Shown here: positions 20,991 through 28,073 of the stretch, one piece after another | How positions within the stretch are numbered: position 1 is the first letter of the stretch | How the letters are laid out: each line of letters begins with the position of its first letter | Source: a virus | Lineage: Duplodnaviria; Caudoviricetes | Strand: one strand, 5' to 3' | IMG/VR virus record: IMGVR_UViG_3300032239_000780 | Location: 1-40,838 of that record | DNA: 40,838 nucleotides | Notes under the pieces: model-generated | The model's database searches: none | What the model saw: only the letters and a program-made list of their open reading frames with translations | Told to the model about the DNA's origin: nothing | Program-made: the position numbers and the translations under genes

Positions 20991-21479
20991 TTAGATCTTG
21001 ACGTCAGTCCTGCCATCGTGGTTTTTGATTTCGATGGCACCGCCATTTGCCTTGTGATACTTCATCATAAAGATGGATTCGCGCTGTGTTTCGCACTCCT
21101 TGCGCTTCTCATGCCATTCGGTGTACCGAGCAGACATGTAATCCTTCATCAAGCGTTCTTCCTTGTACATGGAGATGTATGATGTCGCCATGCCGTTGCG
21201 GAAAGCGTAATTGAGAATCAAACGCTGAAGATCGACAGCAAACTCGTGATTTTCATTGATTTCTGAAGTATTGACACGTTCGTCAATGGTCTCTTCAACA
21301 AAGCGATCAAGACCCTTGACGTCATCTGCTGTGATGATTTCGTCACCGAGAGCGTCATTGATCATGTCCTTGATATCAGCACGTGTGACAACAGTGTCGT
21401 CCATGTTTTCGGACATGTCGTGGAGTTTGGATGCGAAGGCTGAGAACATCTCAGCGAGAGCGATAATAAACTTAACCAT
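20991..21479 (-). CDS. Hypothetical protein (cassette gene, MVKFIIALAE...)
   Basis: Start set by the AGGAGG SD in R3; stop abuts the terminator in R2. Confidence 0.75.
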   Translation of the reverse strand: MVKFIIALAEMFSAFASKLHDMSENMDDTVVTRADIKDMINDALGDEIITADDVKGLDRFVEETIDERVNTSEINENHEFAVDLQRLILNYAFRNGMATSYISMYKEERLMKDYMSARYTEWHEKRKECETQRESIFMMKYHKANGGAIEIKNHDGRTDVKI

Positions 21480-21656
21480 TTTATGTCGCCTCCTAAGCGA
21501 CACTATATATGCAATACGTGACGTCACACGCGCATTCTAAACAGATATATACTTACGTGCTGTTTGTAGATCGTGCGACTGTTACCACCTCTACCTGTAC
21601 TGACGGGGTGAGCGTGGGATCCGACGAAAAAAAAGAGGAGGCCGAAGCCTCCCCCC
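21480..21656. repeat. Intergenic element copy R3
   Basis: Same motif order as R2. Confidence 0.9.
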
Positions 21657-21658
21657 TG

Positions 21659-22003
21659 TTAGTCAGTCAAGATAAGGTATGCAAACGGTTGCATTATCTC
21701 AACCTTAAGGTATGCATCGTGGATTTGATTCCACACTGCAATCCACTTATCTTTGTCAAAGTCGTCGTTCTCATGAGCAACCCATGCGACATTGTCGTGT
21801 GTCATTTGTTCAAGGAACCATTGAAAACCAACAAGTGTTCCGCAGTGCATTCCGTCAACGGTGATGTCAAGTGTGTCTTCTGCGATAGACATCATAAGGG
21901 ATGGACGCAGAAAGGTTTCAGCGTCTGGTGAATACAGATTGTCGAACATCTCGCACAGATTGCTGAGCGTGATGGTCTGTAACGGCTCTAGTAAAAACTT
22001 CAT
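21659..22003 (-). CDS. Hypothetical protein (cassette gene, MKFLLEPL...)
   Basis: SD in R4; terminator in R3. Confidence 0.75.
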   Translation of the reverse strand: MKFLLEPLQTITLSNLCEMFDNLYSPDAETFLRPSLMMSIAEDTLDITVDGMHCGTLVGFQWFLEQMTHDNVAWVAHENDDFDKDKWIAVWNQIHDAYLKVEIMQPFAYLILTD

Positions 22004-22179
22004 AACATTGTCGCCTCCTAGCGACACTATATATGCAATACAGCACGTCACACGCTACTTGTAAAGATACATATACTTACGTGCGCGATGTAGATCGTGC
22101 AGCTATACCACTCTCCTGTACTTGCGGGTTGGGAGTGAGGTGCTAGGCACAAAAAAAGGTGGGAGCCGAAGCCCCCACC
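22004..22179. repeat. Intergenic element copy R4
   Basis: Same motif order; terminator identical to that of R2. Confidence 0.9.
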
Positions 22180-22182
22180 AAG

Positions 22183-22812
22183 TTACCAACCTCGTTCGTT
22201 TTGGTTAGCACACATGTCGCAGACATATCCTTTGTATTTGTCCTTCGGAGTGAGGACGTTTTCACGTCCGCATTGTCCGCATGGCAGATTACGTGGATTG
22301 CTGGACGATGATGCTCGCAACGCGCTTACACCACCTGGGTCGGCAAAGTCGCTGTAGTCATCGTCATCGTATGGGATATCGTCGATGTCGCATTCTTCAT
22401 CCTCATCCTCATCCTCAATCTCAGGGTCGATGTTGTCACCGTCCCACTGAAAGCAGTCTGGCATGTACGATGATGGGTTTTCATTGAGGATGCCCTCCCA
22501 TTCGCTTAGTAACTCAACGCAACCGCAATCACCACCAATGCAGTACTGAATGGATTCCACTTCAGAGCATCCGTCGCATGACGTTGTCGGAGTGCGAGAG
22601 CAGTCATGGAATACGCCGATGTCAAGCACTAGATGTGCGTCAATGCAGGATGCTGCATCTTCAACGTCTTTGTACAGGTTTGCTGCGTACGTCTTACAGA
22701 CGCAAGTGATGTTTTTCATCGTGTGCCATCCAAGGCGTTCCGCTTCCATGGTGAACCATGCCTTAGCGGATGCAGTGAAGGCGTCCAACGCCTTCTGTTG
22801 TGTCTCTGTCAT
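22183..22812 (-). CDS. Cys-rich acidic protein with C-terminal CxxC...CxxC zinc ribbon (cassette gene)
   Basis: CGQC...CDMC and a poly-D/E linker; SD in R5. Confidence 0.75.
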   Translation of the reverse strand: MTETQQKALDAFTASAKAWFTMEAERLGWHTMKNITCVCKTYAANLYKDVEDAASCIDAHLVLDIGVFHDCSRTPTTSCDGCSEVESIQYCIGGDCGCVELLSEWEGILNENPSSYMPDCFQWDGDNIDPEIEDEDEDEECDIDDIPYDDDDYSDFADPGGVSALRASSSSNPRNLPCGQCGRENVLTPKDKYKGYVCDMCANQNERGW

Positions 22813-22987
22813 AACAATGTAGCCTCCTATGCTACACAATATATGCAATATGGTACACAGCCCACCTATTACAAAGATACATATACTTACGTGGGCCGTG
22901 TAGATCGTGGGCCAACACTACGCTCCCTATACTGACGGGGTGCGAGTGGGGTTTGATAAAGGAAAAGTGGGGACCGAAGTCCCCACC
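22813..22987. repeat. Intergenic element copy R5
   Basis: Same motif order. Confidence 0.9.
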
Positions 22988-22989
22988 CG

Positions 22990-23691
22990 TTACAAAGTAA
23001 CTTTGCAACGACATCCCGGCACAGGGCACTGCAACCATGGAGTGGCTGCTTTGATGATTTTGAAGTCATCGCTCTTATAGTTGCCTTCGTCGTTGTGACC
23101 GTACCAATGCCACGTGTCATCGGTATAGAATCCGTGACCACCAGAGCATCGCAGGTCGCAACACGCTACGTCAAACCATGCATCCTCGTCCTGTAATGTA
23201 GCGATTACAGGATAAGAGTAACCACCGCGAGCATCGCAACCGTTATGCGTTTGGACTGCATAATACGTTACGTCATCCCACGTATACTCTACCGAGCAAT
23301 TGTGATACAGGACACCTTGACTTAGGAAGCTTTCGCCATTGTACGTATTGTGTGACCCGATATTGCTTGCACCAAGTGTCTTGGTAAAGAATGCATCTAT
23401 CACATCAAACCATGATGCATCCGGCATTGTTTCTGCAACAGCGTGAAGGGCGGTTGTCAGGTCATTATCGATGGTAAAGAACGTACACAATGCATCTACA
23501 ACATTGCGTGTTATATCCCACTCATACGATTTGATATCTAGCCGGAAATCCCATTCTACATCTGCAAGCGTAAGACCTGCGTTTCGTTCGTGGTGGCGTC
23601 CGTATGCTCCGCCAGAGTCGAGAAAGTGCCGACCCGTGTCGTTTTTTATCATTGCGAGCCATTGCTCGCGGTCTGTCTTATGTTCTGCCAT
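22990..23691 (-). CDS. Hypothetical phage protein (cassette gene, MAEHKTDREQ...)
   Basis: NDTGRHFLDSGGAYGRHHERN and HNGCDARGGYS motifs; GGAGGA SD. Confidence 0.75.
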   Translation of the reverse strand: MAEHKTDREQWLAMIKNDTGRHFLDSGGAYGRHHERNAGLTLADVEWDFRLDIKSYEWDITRNVVDALCTFFTIDNDLTTALHAVAETMPDASWFDVIDAFFTKTLGASNIGSHNTYNGESFLSQGVLYHNCSVEYTWDDVTYYAVQTHNGCDARGGYSYPVIATLQDEDAWFDVACCDLRCSGGHGFYTDDTWHWYGHNDEGNYKSDDFKIIKAATPWLQCPVPGCRCKVTL

Positions 23692-23887
23692 GCTTGGCAA
23701 TCCTCCGAGTAAGTATCGGCTTTCGCCGTACACTTTATATGCAATACACCACGCGATGCGCCTATTAGAATAATATATATACTTACGTGCTGTGTGTAGA
23801 TCGTGCGGATCCATTACTCACAGCTATACTTGCGGGGCGTGAGTGGGCGTTTTGGCACAAAAAAAAGAGAGGACCGAAGTCCCCTCT
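23692..23887. repeat. Intergenic element copy R6
   Basis: Same core; the leader has a GAAA-tetraloop hairpin instead of the SD hairpin. Confidence 0.9.
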
Positions 23888-23890
23888 AAG

Positions 23891-24316
23891 TTAGCAGTTT
23901 TCCTTTACCATTCCGCCCCGTGGTCCAACCTTAATGATGAAGTCAACGAATCCGTCATCATATCCAATGTGACATTCAAAACGTGCATCATCATCATCAA
24001 GGCATGGATACATTTGCTGGTCATTTAACCTGCGCCATAATGCATTCTTGATTGCTGGAATACTCTTGAAATATTCAGGTTCACCAATGCTATATGAAGA
24101 ACCGCCAATGAAGTAACAGTAGTATCCACGCAAATCACTCTGACGAAAAACGCAATCGTGTTGTGTGTCATAAATATACGCAGGGTATAACTTATAACAA
24201 CGACCACGGTCACGATTGACTTCTCTGACTTTTATAGAGGCTTGATTAAGCGAGTTATACTCACCAAGCCACTCCAAACGACCGAGCGCATTTCTGCGCT
24301 GAACAACATACCGCAT
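23891..24316 (-). CDS. Hypothetical protein (cassette gene)
   Basis: SD in R7; terminator in R6. Confidence 0.75.
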   Translation of the reverse strand: MRYVVQRRNALGRLEWLGEYNSLNQASIKVREVNRDRGRCYKLYPAYIYDTQHDCVFRQSDLRGYYCYFIGGSSYSIGEPEYFKSIPAIKNALWRRLNDQQMYPCLDDDDARFECHIGYDDGFVDFIIKVGPRGGMVKENC

Positions 24317-24495
24317 GATATGTAGCCTCCAATGCTACACCATATATGCAATACACCACGTCACACGCCTATTCTAAAGATATATATACTTACGAGGCGT
24401 ATGTAGATCGAGGCCCAATAGCAACACATCTATACCGGCGGGGTGTGCGTGTGCATTTTTTGGCACAAAAAAAAGAGGGCGGTCGGTACGCCCTC
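24317..24495. repeat. Intergenic element copy R7
   Basis: Same motif order; CGAGGC variant in both direct-repeat halves. Confidence 0.9.
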
Positions 24496-24501
24496 TTTAG
24501 A

Positions 24502-24903
24502 TTACATATCGCCCTCAAACTTAGCGATGTAGTCGTCAAGTTCCCTTGCAATCACTACACATTCCTGCGTTTTGTTTGCAAGTTGCTCACGCAATGCTTT
24601 TTTCTCATCGCGTAGTTCCTGTGCTTCCTTGACAGAGTCGCGATACAACGCTTTGTATGTTTCCATACTACGACGCTGATTCTCAGCATCACTCTTAGCG
24701 ACCTCAAAGCATCCACGCCACGCTTTGTTTTCCTTCAATAGTGTTATTATCCTGTTCCAATCTTTTTCAGACCGAAGCGTGTAGATATCCAAAGAGCGTT
24801 GCAAGGAATCAGAATAATGTTTCTGTTCCATATACTTTCCAACAGCGATAACAGTGACGAGAAGCATAGCGGAGCAAAGCACCGCAAGAATCATAACTAA
24901 CAT
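24502..24903 (-). CDS. Membrane-anchored coiled-coil protein (cassette gene)
   Basis: N-terminal hydrophobic helix followed by a heptad-rich region; AGAAAGG SD. Confidence 0.75.
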   Translation of the reverse strand: MLVMILAVLCSAMLLVTVIAVGKYMEQKHYSDSLQRSLDIYTLRSEKDWNRIITLLKENKAWRGCFEVAKSDAENQRRSMETYKALYRDSVKEAQELRDEKKALREQLANKTQECVVIARELDDYIAKFEGDM

Positions 24904-25083
24904 ACTCAAACCTTTCTTTCTACCGACACTTTATATGCAATACCGTACGTTACACGCCTATTCTAAAGATATATATACTTACCTGGTGCATGTAGATCCT
25001 GAGCAGATAACAACACAGCTATACTGACGGGGTGCGGTGGGGCAACTTTTGGCACAAAAAAAGAGGGCGGTCGGTGCGCCCTC
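24904..25083. repeat. Intergenic element copy R8
   Basis: Same motif order; CCTG variant in both direct-repeat halves. Confidence 0.9.
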
Positions 25084-25090
25084 TTCAATA

Positions 25091-25303
25091 TTATTTACCG
25101 CACCTGCAATAGCAAACACATGGTTCGCTATAACAGAAACAAAAGTGGGAGTTCCAGTCAAACTCCCTTGGTTGCCCGCAGAATCTGCAGTTACCGCGAC
25201 GTTGACCATTCCGAAAGCGCTGACAAAACGCCTTGTAGCGCTTGTTTGTCATGCTTTTTGGCTTGCGTTGAAATCGATGCTTTAGGAGATGGTCGATGTT
25301 CAC
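25091..25303 (-). CDS. 70-aa basic Cys-rich protein (GTG start)
   Basis: GGAGG 7 nt before a GTG that overlaps the upstream TGA; CRFC...CFC...CVCYCRC. Confidence 0.6.
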   Translation of the reverse strand: MNIDHLLKHRFQRKPKSMTNKRYKAFCQRFRNGQRRGNCRFCGQPREFDWNSHFCFCYSEPCVCYCRCGK

Positions 25304-25440
25304 TTTTTGTCCTCCCAGATTCCTGTGAGAGCAAGCACTGCCATGAATGGCGCGCCAATAACGCTCCAGTGTGTGTAAATACACACAACTGTAACGATAA
25401 CGACTAATAAGGTCATCATGACCTTGCTAAACTTTTTCAT
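25300..25440 (-). CDS. 46-aa two-helix membrane protein (not in the ORF track)
   Basis: MKKFSKVMMTLLVVIVTVVCIYTHWSVIGAPFMAVLALTGIWEDKK; same leader as the 24903 gene. Confidence 0.75.
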   Translation of the reverse strand: MKKFSKVMMTLLVVIVTVVCIYTHWSVIGAPFMAVLALTGIWEDKK

Positions 25441-25618
25441 ACTCAAACCTTTCTTTCTACCGACACTTTATATGCAATACGCTACGCTGAACGCCTATTC
25501 TAACAATATATATACTTACGTGGCTAGTGTAGATCGTGGCCAAACAACACTCTCGCTATACCGACGGGGCGTGAGTGGGCGTTTTGGCACAAAAAAGGGG
25601 GAGGGCTTTCGCCCTCCC
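25441..25618. repeat. Intergenic element copy R9
   Basis: Same motif order; terminator like that of R1. Confidence 0.9.
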
Positions 25619-25620
25619 GG

Positions 25621-26169
25621 TTAGTTGGCTGAAAACATGTCAGCCGAGTGTAGAATGCACTGCAAAACAGTTGCGTTACGTCCATTCACAGCGCAGTCCT
25701 TTGGTGTTCCCCAGTCAGGGAAACCATGATGCGCTAACATCACCGTTGCAATGCGGTTTTCCATTGCTTCGGTAATTAGTCCGTACTTTGCGTTAGTACG
25801 TACCATCATTAGAACCGATTTTGTGACATGCCCCATGTCGAAGTCGCCGTATGTAATAACACCTTCTTTGTCAATGACATACTCGGATGTTTTAGCTACG
25901 TCATGAAGTAACGATGCAACGATAAGAATATCCATATCGTAGTCGGAATATTCTACGTTGCATTCCAGCATTGACACTGCGGTTTCTGCAACCTCAATAG
26001 TGTGCTGGAATAATCCACTGCGATAGTTATGATGGTACTTTTTTGCGCCGGGACATTCAAAGAAGTACACAGGCAGTGTACGGTCTACGAGTTCACGCAA
26101 GTTAGAATCAGCGATGATGTTTTTGAGCGCAACAAACCGCTCCGACAAGTCAAAGATACAAGGTTCCAT
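25621..26169 (-). CDS. HD-domain phosphohydrolase, YhaM/Cbf1-like HD domain without OB-fold
   Basis: PGAKKYHHNYRSGLFQHTIEV, LLHDVAK, GH, AHHG..WG, LHSADMFSA. Confidence 0.85.
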   Translation of the reverse strand: MEPCIFDLSERFVALKNIIADSNLRELVDRTLPVYFFECPGAKKYHHNYRSGLFQHTIEVAETAVSMLECNVEYSDYDMDILIVASLLHDVAKTSEYVIDKEGVITYGDFDMGHVTKSVLMMVRTNAKYGLITEAMENRIATVMLAHHGFPDWGTPKDCAVNGRNATVLQCILHSADMFSAN

Positions 26170-26314
26170 ATGATATAGCCTCCTTGGCTACACTTTATAT
26201 GCAATACGCTACACGCTACACCTATTCTAAAGATATATATACTTACGTGTTGCATGTAGTTCGTGTTGCAACATCACCTCTCCGTATACTTGCGGGGGGT
26301 AGTGATGCATTTTT
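26170..26314. repeat. Intergenic element copy R10 (first in transcription order; no upstream terminator)
   Basis: SD hairpin tagcc-tcctt-ggcta, tgcaatac box, core, hairpin. Confidence 0.9.
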
Positions 26315-26315
26315 A

Positions 26316-26386
26316 CACCCCCTCCACCCCCCTCCTCTCCCCTCCCCCAGCTCCCACCCCCACCCCACATGGCAAGCCTCCCCCCT
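26316..26386 (-). other. C-rich tract (G-run rich on the minus strand) at the divergence point
   Basis: cccctccacccccctcctctcccctcccccagctcccacccccacccc. Confidence 0.7.
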
Positions 26387-26522
26387 GTTATTTTTTAAAA
26401 AATGGTAACAGCCACCCACAGATCATCTTCCCAAAACCCTCTTTCTCCCGCAGGAGAATTATAATCACAACCCCAACAACTTATGATAATATACCTACGT
26501 GCTTAGCACTAAAGGAATAACA

Positions 26523-26756
26523 ATGAAGAATAATAGATTGCGTGAGGAGTATGATCAGCTCCTTTCCGACATGTTGTTGATGCAGTACCGTGTTGAGGTT
26601 TTCCGTAGGAAGATGCAGGTTGCTGAGTCGTCGATTGCAATTGGTAGTCGTTTGCAGACCAGTGTTGAGGACGTTGTGAATGAGTTGGTAAAGATTAGTA
26701 ACCATGAGCAGTTAGAGCATAAGCCTGTGGTTGGTTTATCTTGGTGGTGGAAGTGA
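26523..26756 (+). CDS. Hypothetical coiled-coil protein
   Basis: AAGGA SD before the ATG at 26523; GATAAT -10-like box upstream. Confidence 0.65.
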   Translation: MKNNRLREEYDQLLSDMLLMQYRVEVFRRKMQVAESSIAIGSRLQTSVEDVVNELVKISNHEQLEHKPVVGLSWWWK

Positions 26757-27031
26757 GCTTAAATAACGCTAGGTCTATTGGCGCTGTACGTGCTAGGGTC
26801 AAGAATAATTCTGGTGGCCCACCAAAGAAGCGGGTGTACTTACTGGATCATATTCCTGAAGAGATTCAGGAAGTGATTTGGATTTGGTACAAGGAGGGTC
26901 GGAGTCGTCGTCAGATGTCTCAGATGTTGATTGACATGGGTGTTCCAAGTCCTCCAATGACGGTGCCTTGGGGTGATAACGCTATTGCTACGGTTGTATA
27001 TAAGTACAAAGCAAAAGAAGCAGTACAATAA
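26753..27031 (+). CDS. Small DNA-binding protein resembling the recombinase DNA-binding domain of large serine recombinases
   Basis: IWIWYKEGRSRRQMSQMLIDMGVPSP...WGDNAIATVV; GTGA coupling. Confidence 0.5.
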   Translation: MSLNNARSIGAVRARVKNNSGGPPKKRVYLLDHIPEEIQEVIWIWYKEGRSRRQMSQMLIDMGVPSPPMTVPWGDNAIATVVYKYKAKEAVQ

Positions 27032-27034
27032 TGC

Positions 27035-27556
27035 ATGGAAAAGACGTATAGATCTCCAGCTCGGATGCTTGACGCTGATGTAAGTGCTTACTACGCCCAT
27101 AATGATCCGATGCAGGGTGGGATGATTACTAAGCGTGGTAACCCTGTAGGCCGTGGTCGTATTGCAGTAGATCCATCCGTTATTCCGTTTCGCAGTGTAG
27201 TGTGGATTCCGGGTTATGGATGGGCTACTGCTGATGATACTGGCGGGGCTATTAAGGGTAATCGAATTGACCTTGGGTACGGTGCTACAGAAGGCGACAT
27301 TGCTCGTGCTTATGGGCATAAGAATCAGAAGATTCATATCTATCCACCAGATACGCCATATCAAGGGATGAAGGATCCTTCTGCGTTAGAAGCTTTTCTA
27401 CGCAGTAGATGGAATACAAAATACGGTTCAGGTAATCAGCATTCATTTGTTGAACCTTCTGTTAGCCCAATGATGGACATGATGATGCAAGATCCATATG
27501 CTGATTACGTCCAACCGCAGCAACAACCTAGTATGCAGCAATTGCTTATGGGCTAG
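27035..27556 (+). CDS. 3D-domain (MltA-like) peptidoglycan-active protein
   Basis: IAVDPSVIP...IPGYG...ADDTGGAIKGNRIDL. Confidence 0.85.
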   Translation: MEKTYRSPARMLDADVSAYYAHNDPMQGGMITKRGNPVGRGRIAVDPSVIPFRSVVWIPGYGWATADDTGGAIKGNRIDLGYGATEGDIARAYGHKNQKIHIYPPDTPYQGMKDPSALEAFLRSRWNTKYGSGNQHSFVEPSVSPMMDMMMQDPYADYVQPQQQPSMQQLLMG

Positions 27557-27571
27557 TGTTGTTGTATATTC

Positions 27572-27711
27572 AGGGGGCCACCGAGAGGTGAGCTTTGTAT
27601 GAAAGCGGAAAACTCCAGGCACACGCCCTTCATGCAGACTCTGTTAACAAGAAGCACCTGCTACTTGATCCCGTAAATCCGGATGACGATCAAGCTCAGC
27701 AGGTGTTTTTG
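27572..27711 (+). ncRNA. Putative structured small RNA or leader ending in a terminator-like stem
   Basis: Follows a TATATT -10-like box; CACC-GAGA-GGTG, TGTATGAA/TTCATGCA and GCACCTGCT/AGCAGGTGT stems, then a T-run. Confidence 0.4.
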
Positions 27712-27728
27712 TATGTATACTTACTAGT

Positions 27729-28073
27729 ATGAAATCTACCCTCTACCAGTACGCCCTTACAAACATATCCGTTGTAGATGGCGACACAATCAAAGCGGAT
27801 ATTGACCTTGGTTTTGGCGTGTCTTTGGTTAACAAGAAAATTCGCCTAGAACATATCAACTGCCCGGAGAAAGACACATCCGAAGGTGTTGATGCAAAGC
27901 ACTATACAGATACGTGGGTCAAAGAACATCCTGAGTGTATTGTGATTGTAAAGAATCACCGTGAAGACAAATATGGACGGATTCTTGGTACTGTCACTAG
28001 TGACGGCCAAAGCTTGGCTGATGCGCTTAAACTTGCTGGGCACGGTGTTGACTACGAAGGTGGTAAACGTTGA
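27729..28073 (+). CDS. Thermonuclease (SNase-like)
   Basis: VVDGDTI.ADIDLGF, IRL..INCPE, DKYGRILG. Confidence 0.85.
   Translation: MKSTLYQYALTNISVVDGDTIKADIDLGFGVSLVNKKIRLEHINCPEKDTSEGVDAKHYTDTWVKEHPECIVIVKNHREDKYGRILGTVTSDGQSLADALKLAGHGVDYEGGKR

Noticed and set aside
20991-23814. Longer N-termini given by the ORF track (21527, 22051, 22848, 23814)
   Set aside because: They run into the repeat element; strong SDs define shorter starts at 21479, 22003, 22812 and 23691.
19867-26314. CRISPR array interpretation of the repeats
   Set aside because: The repeats are about 180 bp and degenerate, the intervening sequences are whole genes, and no cas genes are visible.
19867-26314. Classical integron
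   Set aside because: There is no tyrosine integrase in the window and no consistent RYYYAAC/GTTRRRY ends, and cassettes carry their own terminators.
21509-26408. Plus-strand peptide family MQYxTxxxYSKDIYTYV..VDR read through the repeats
   Set aside because: It arises from fixed DNA spacing: there is no SD, R6 has a stop at codon 10, R2 lacks the ATG, and downstream lengths are arbitrary.
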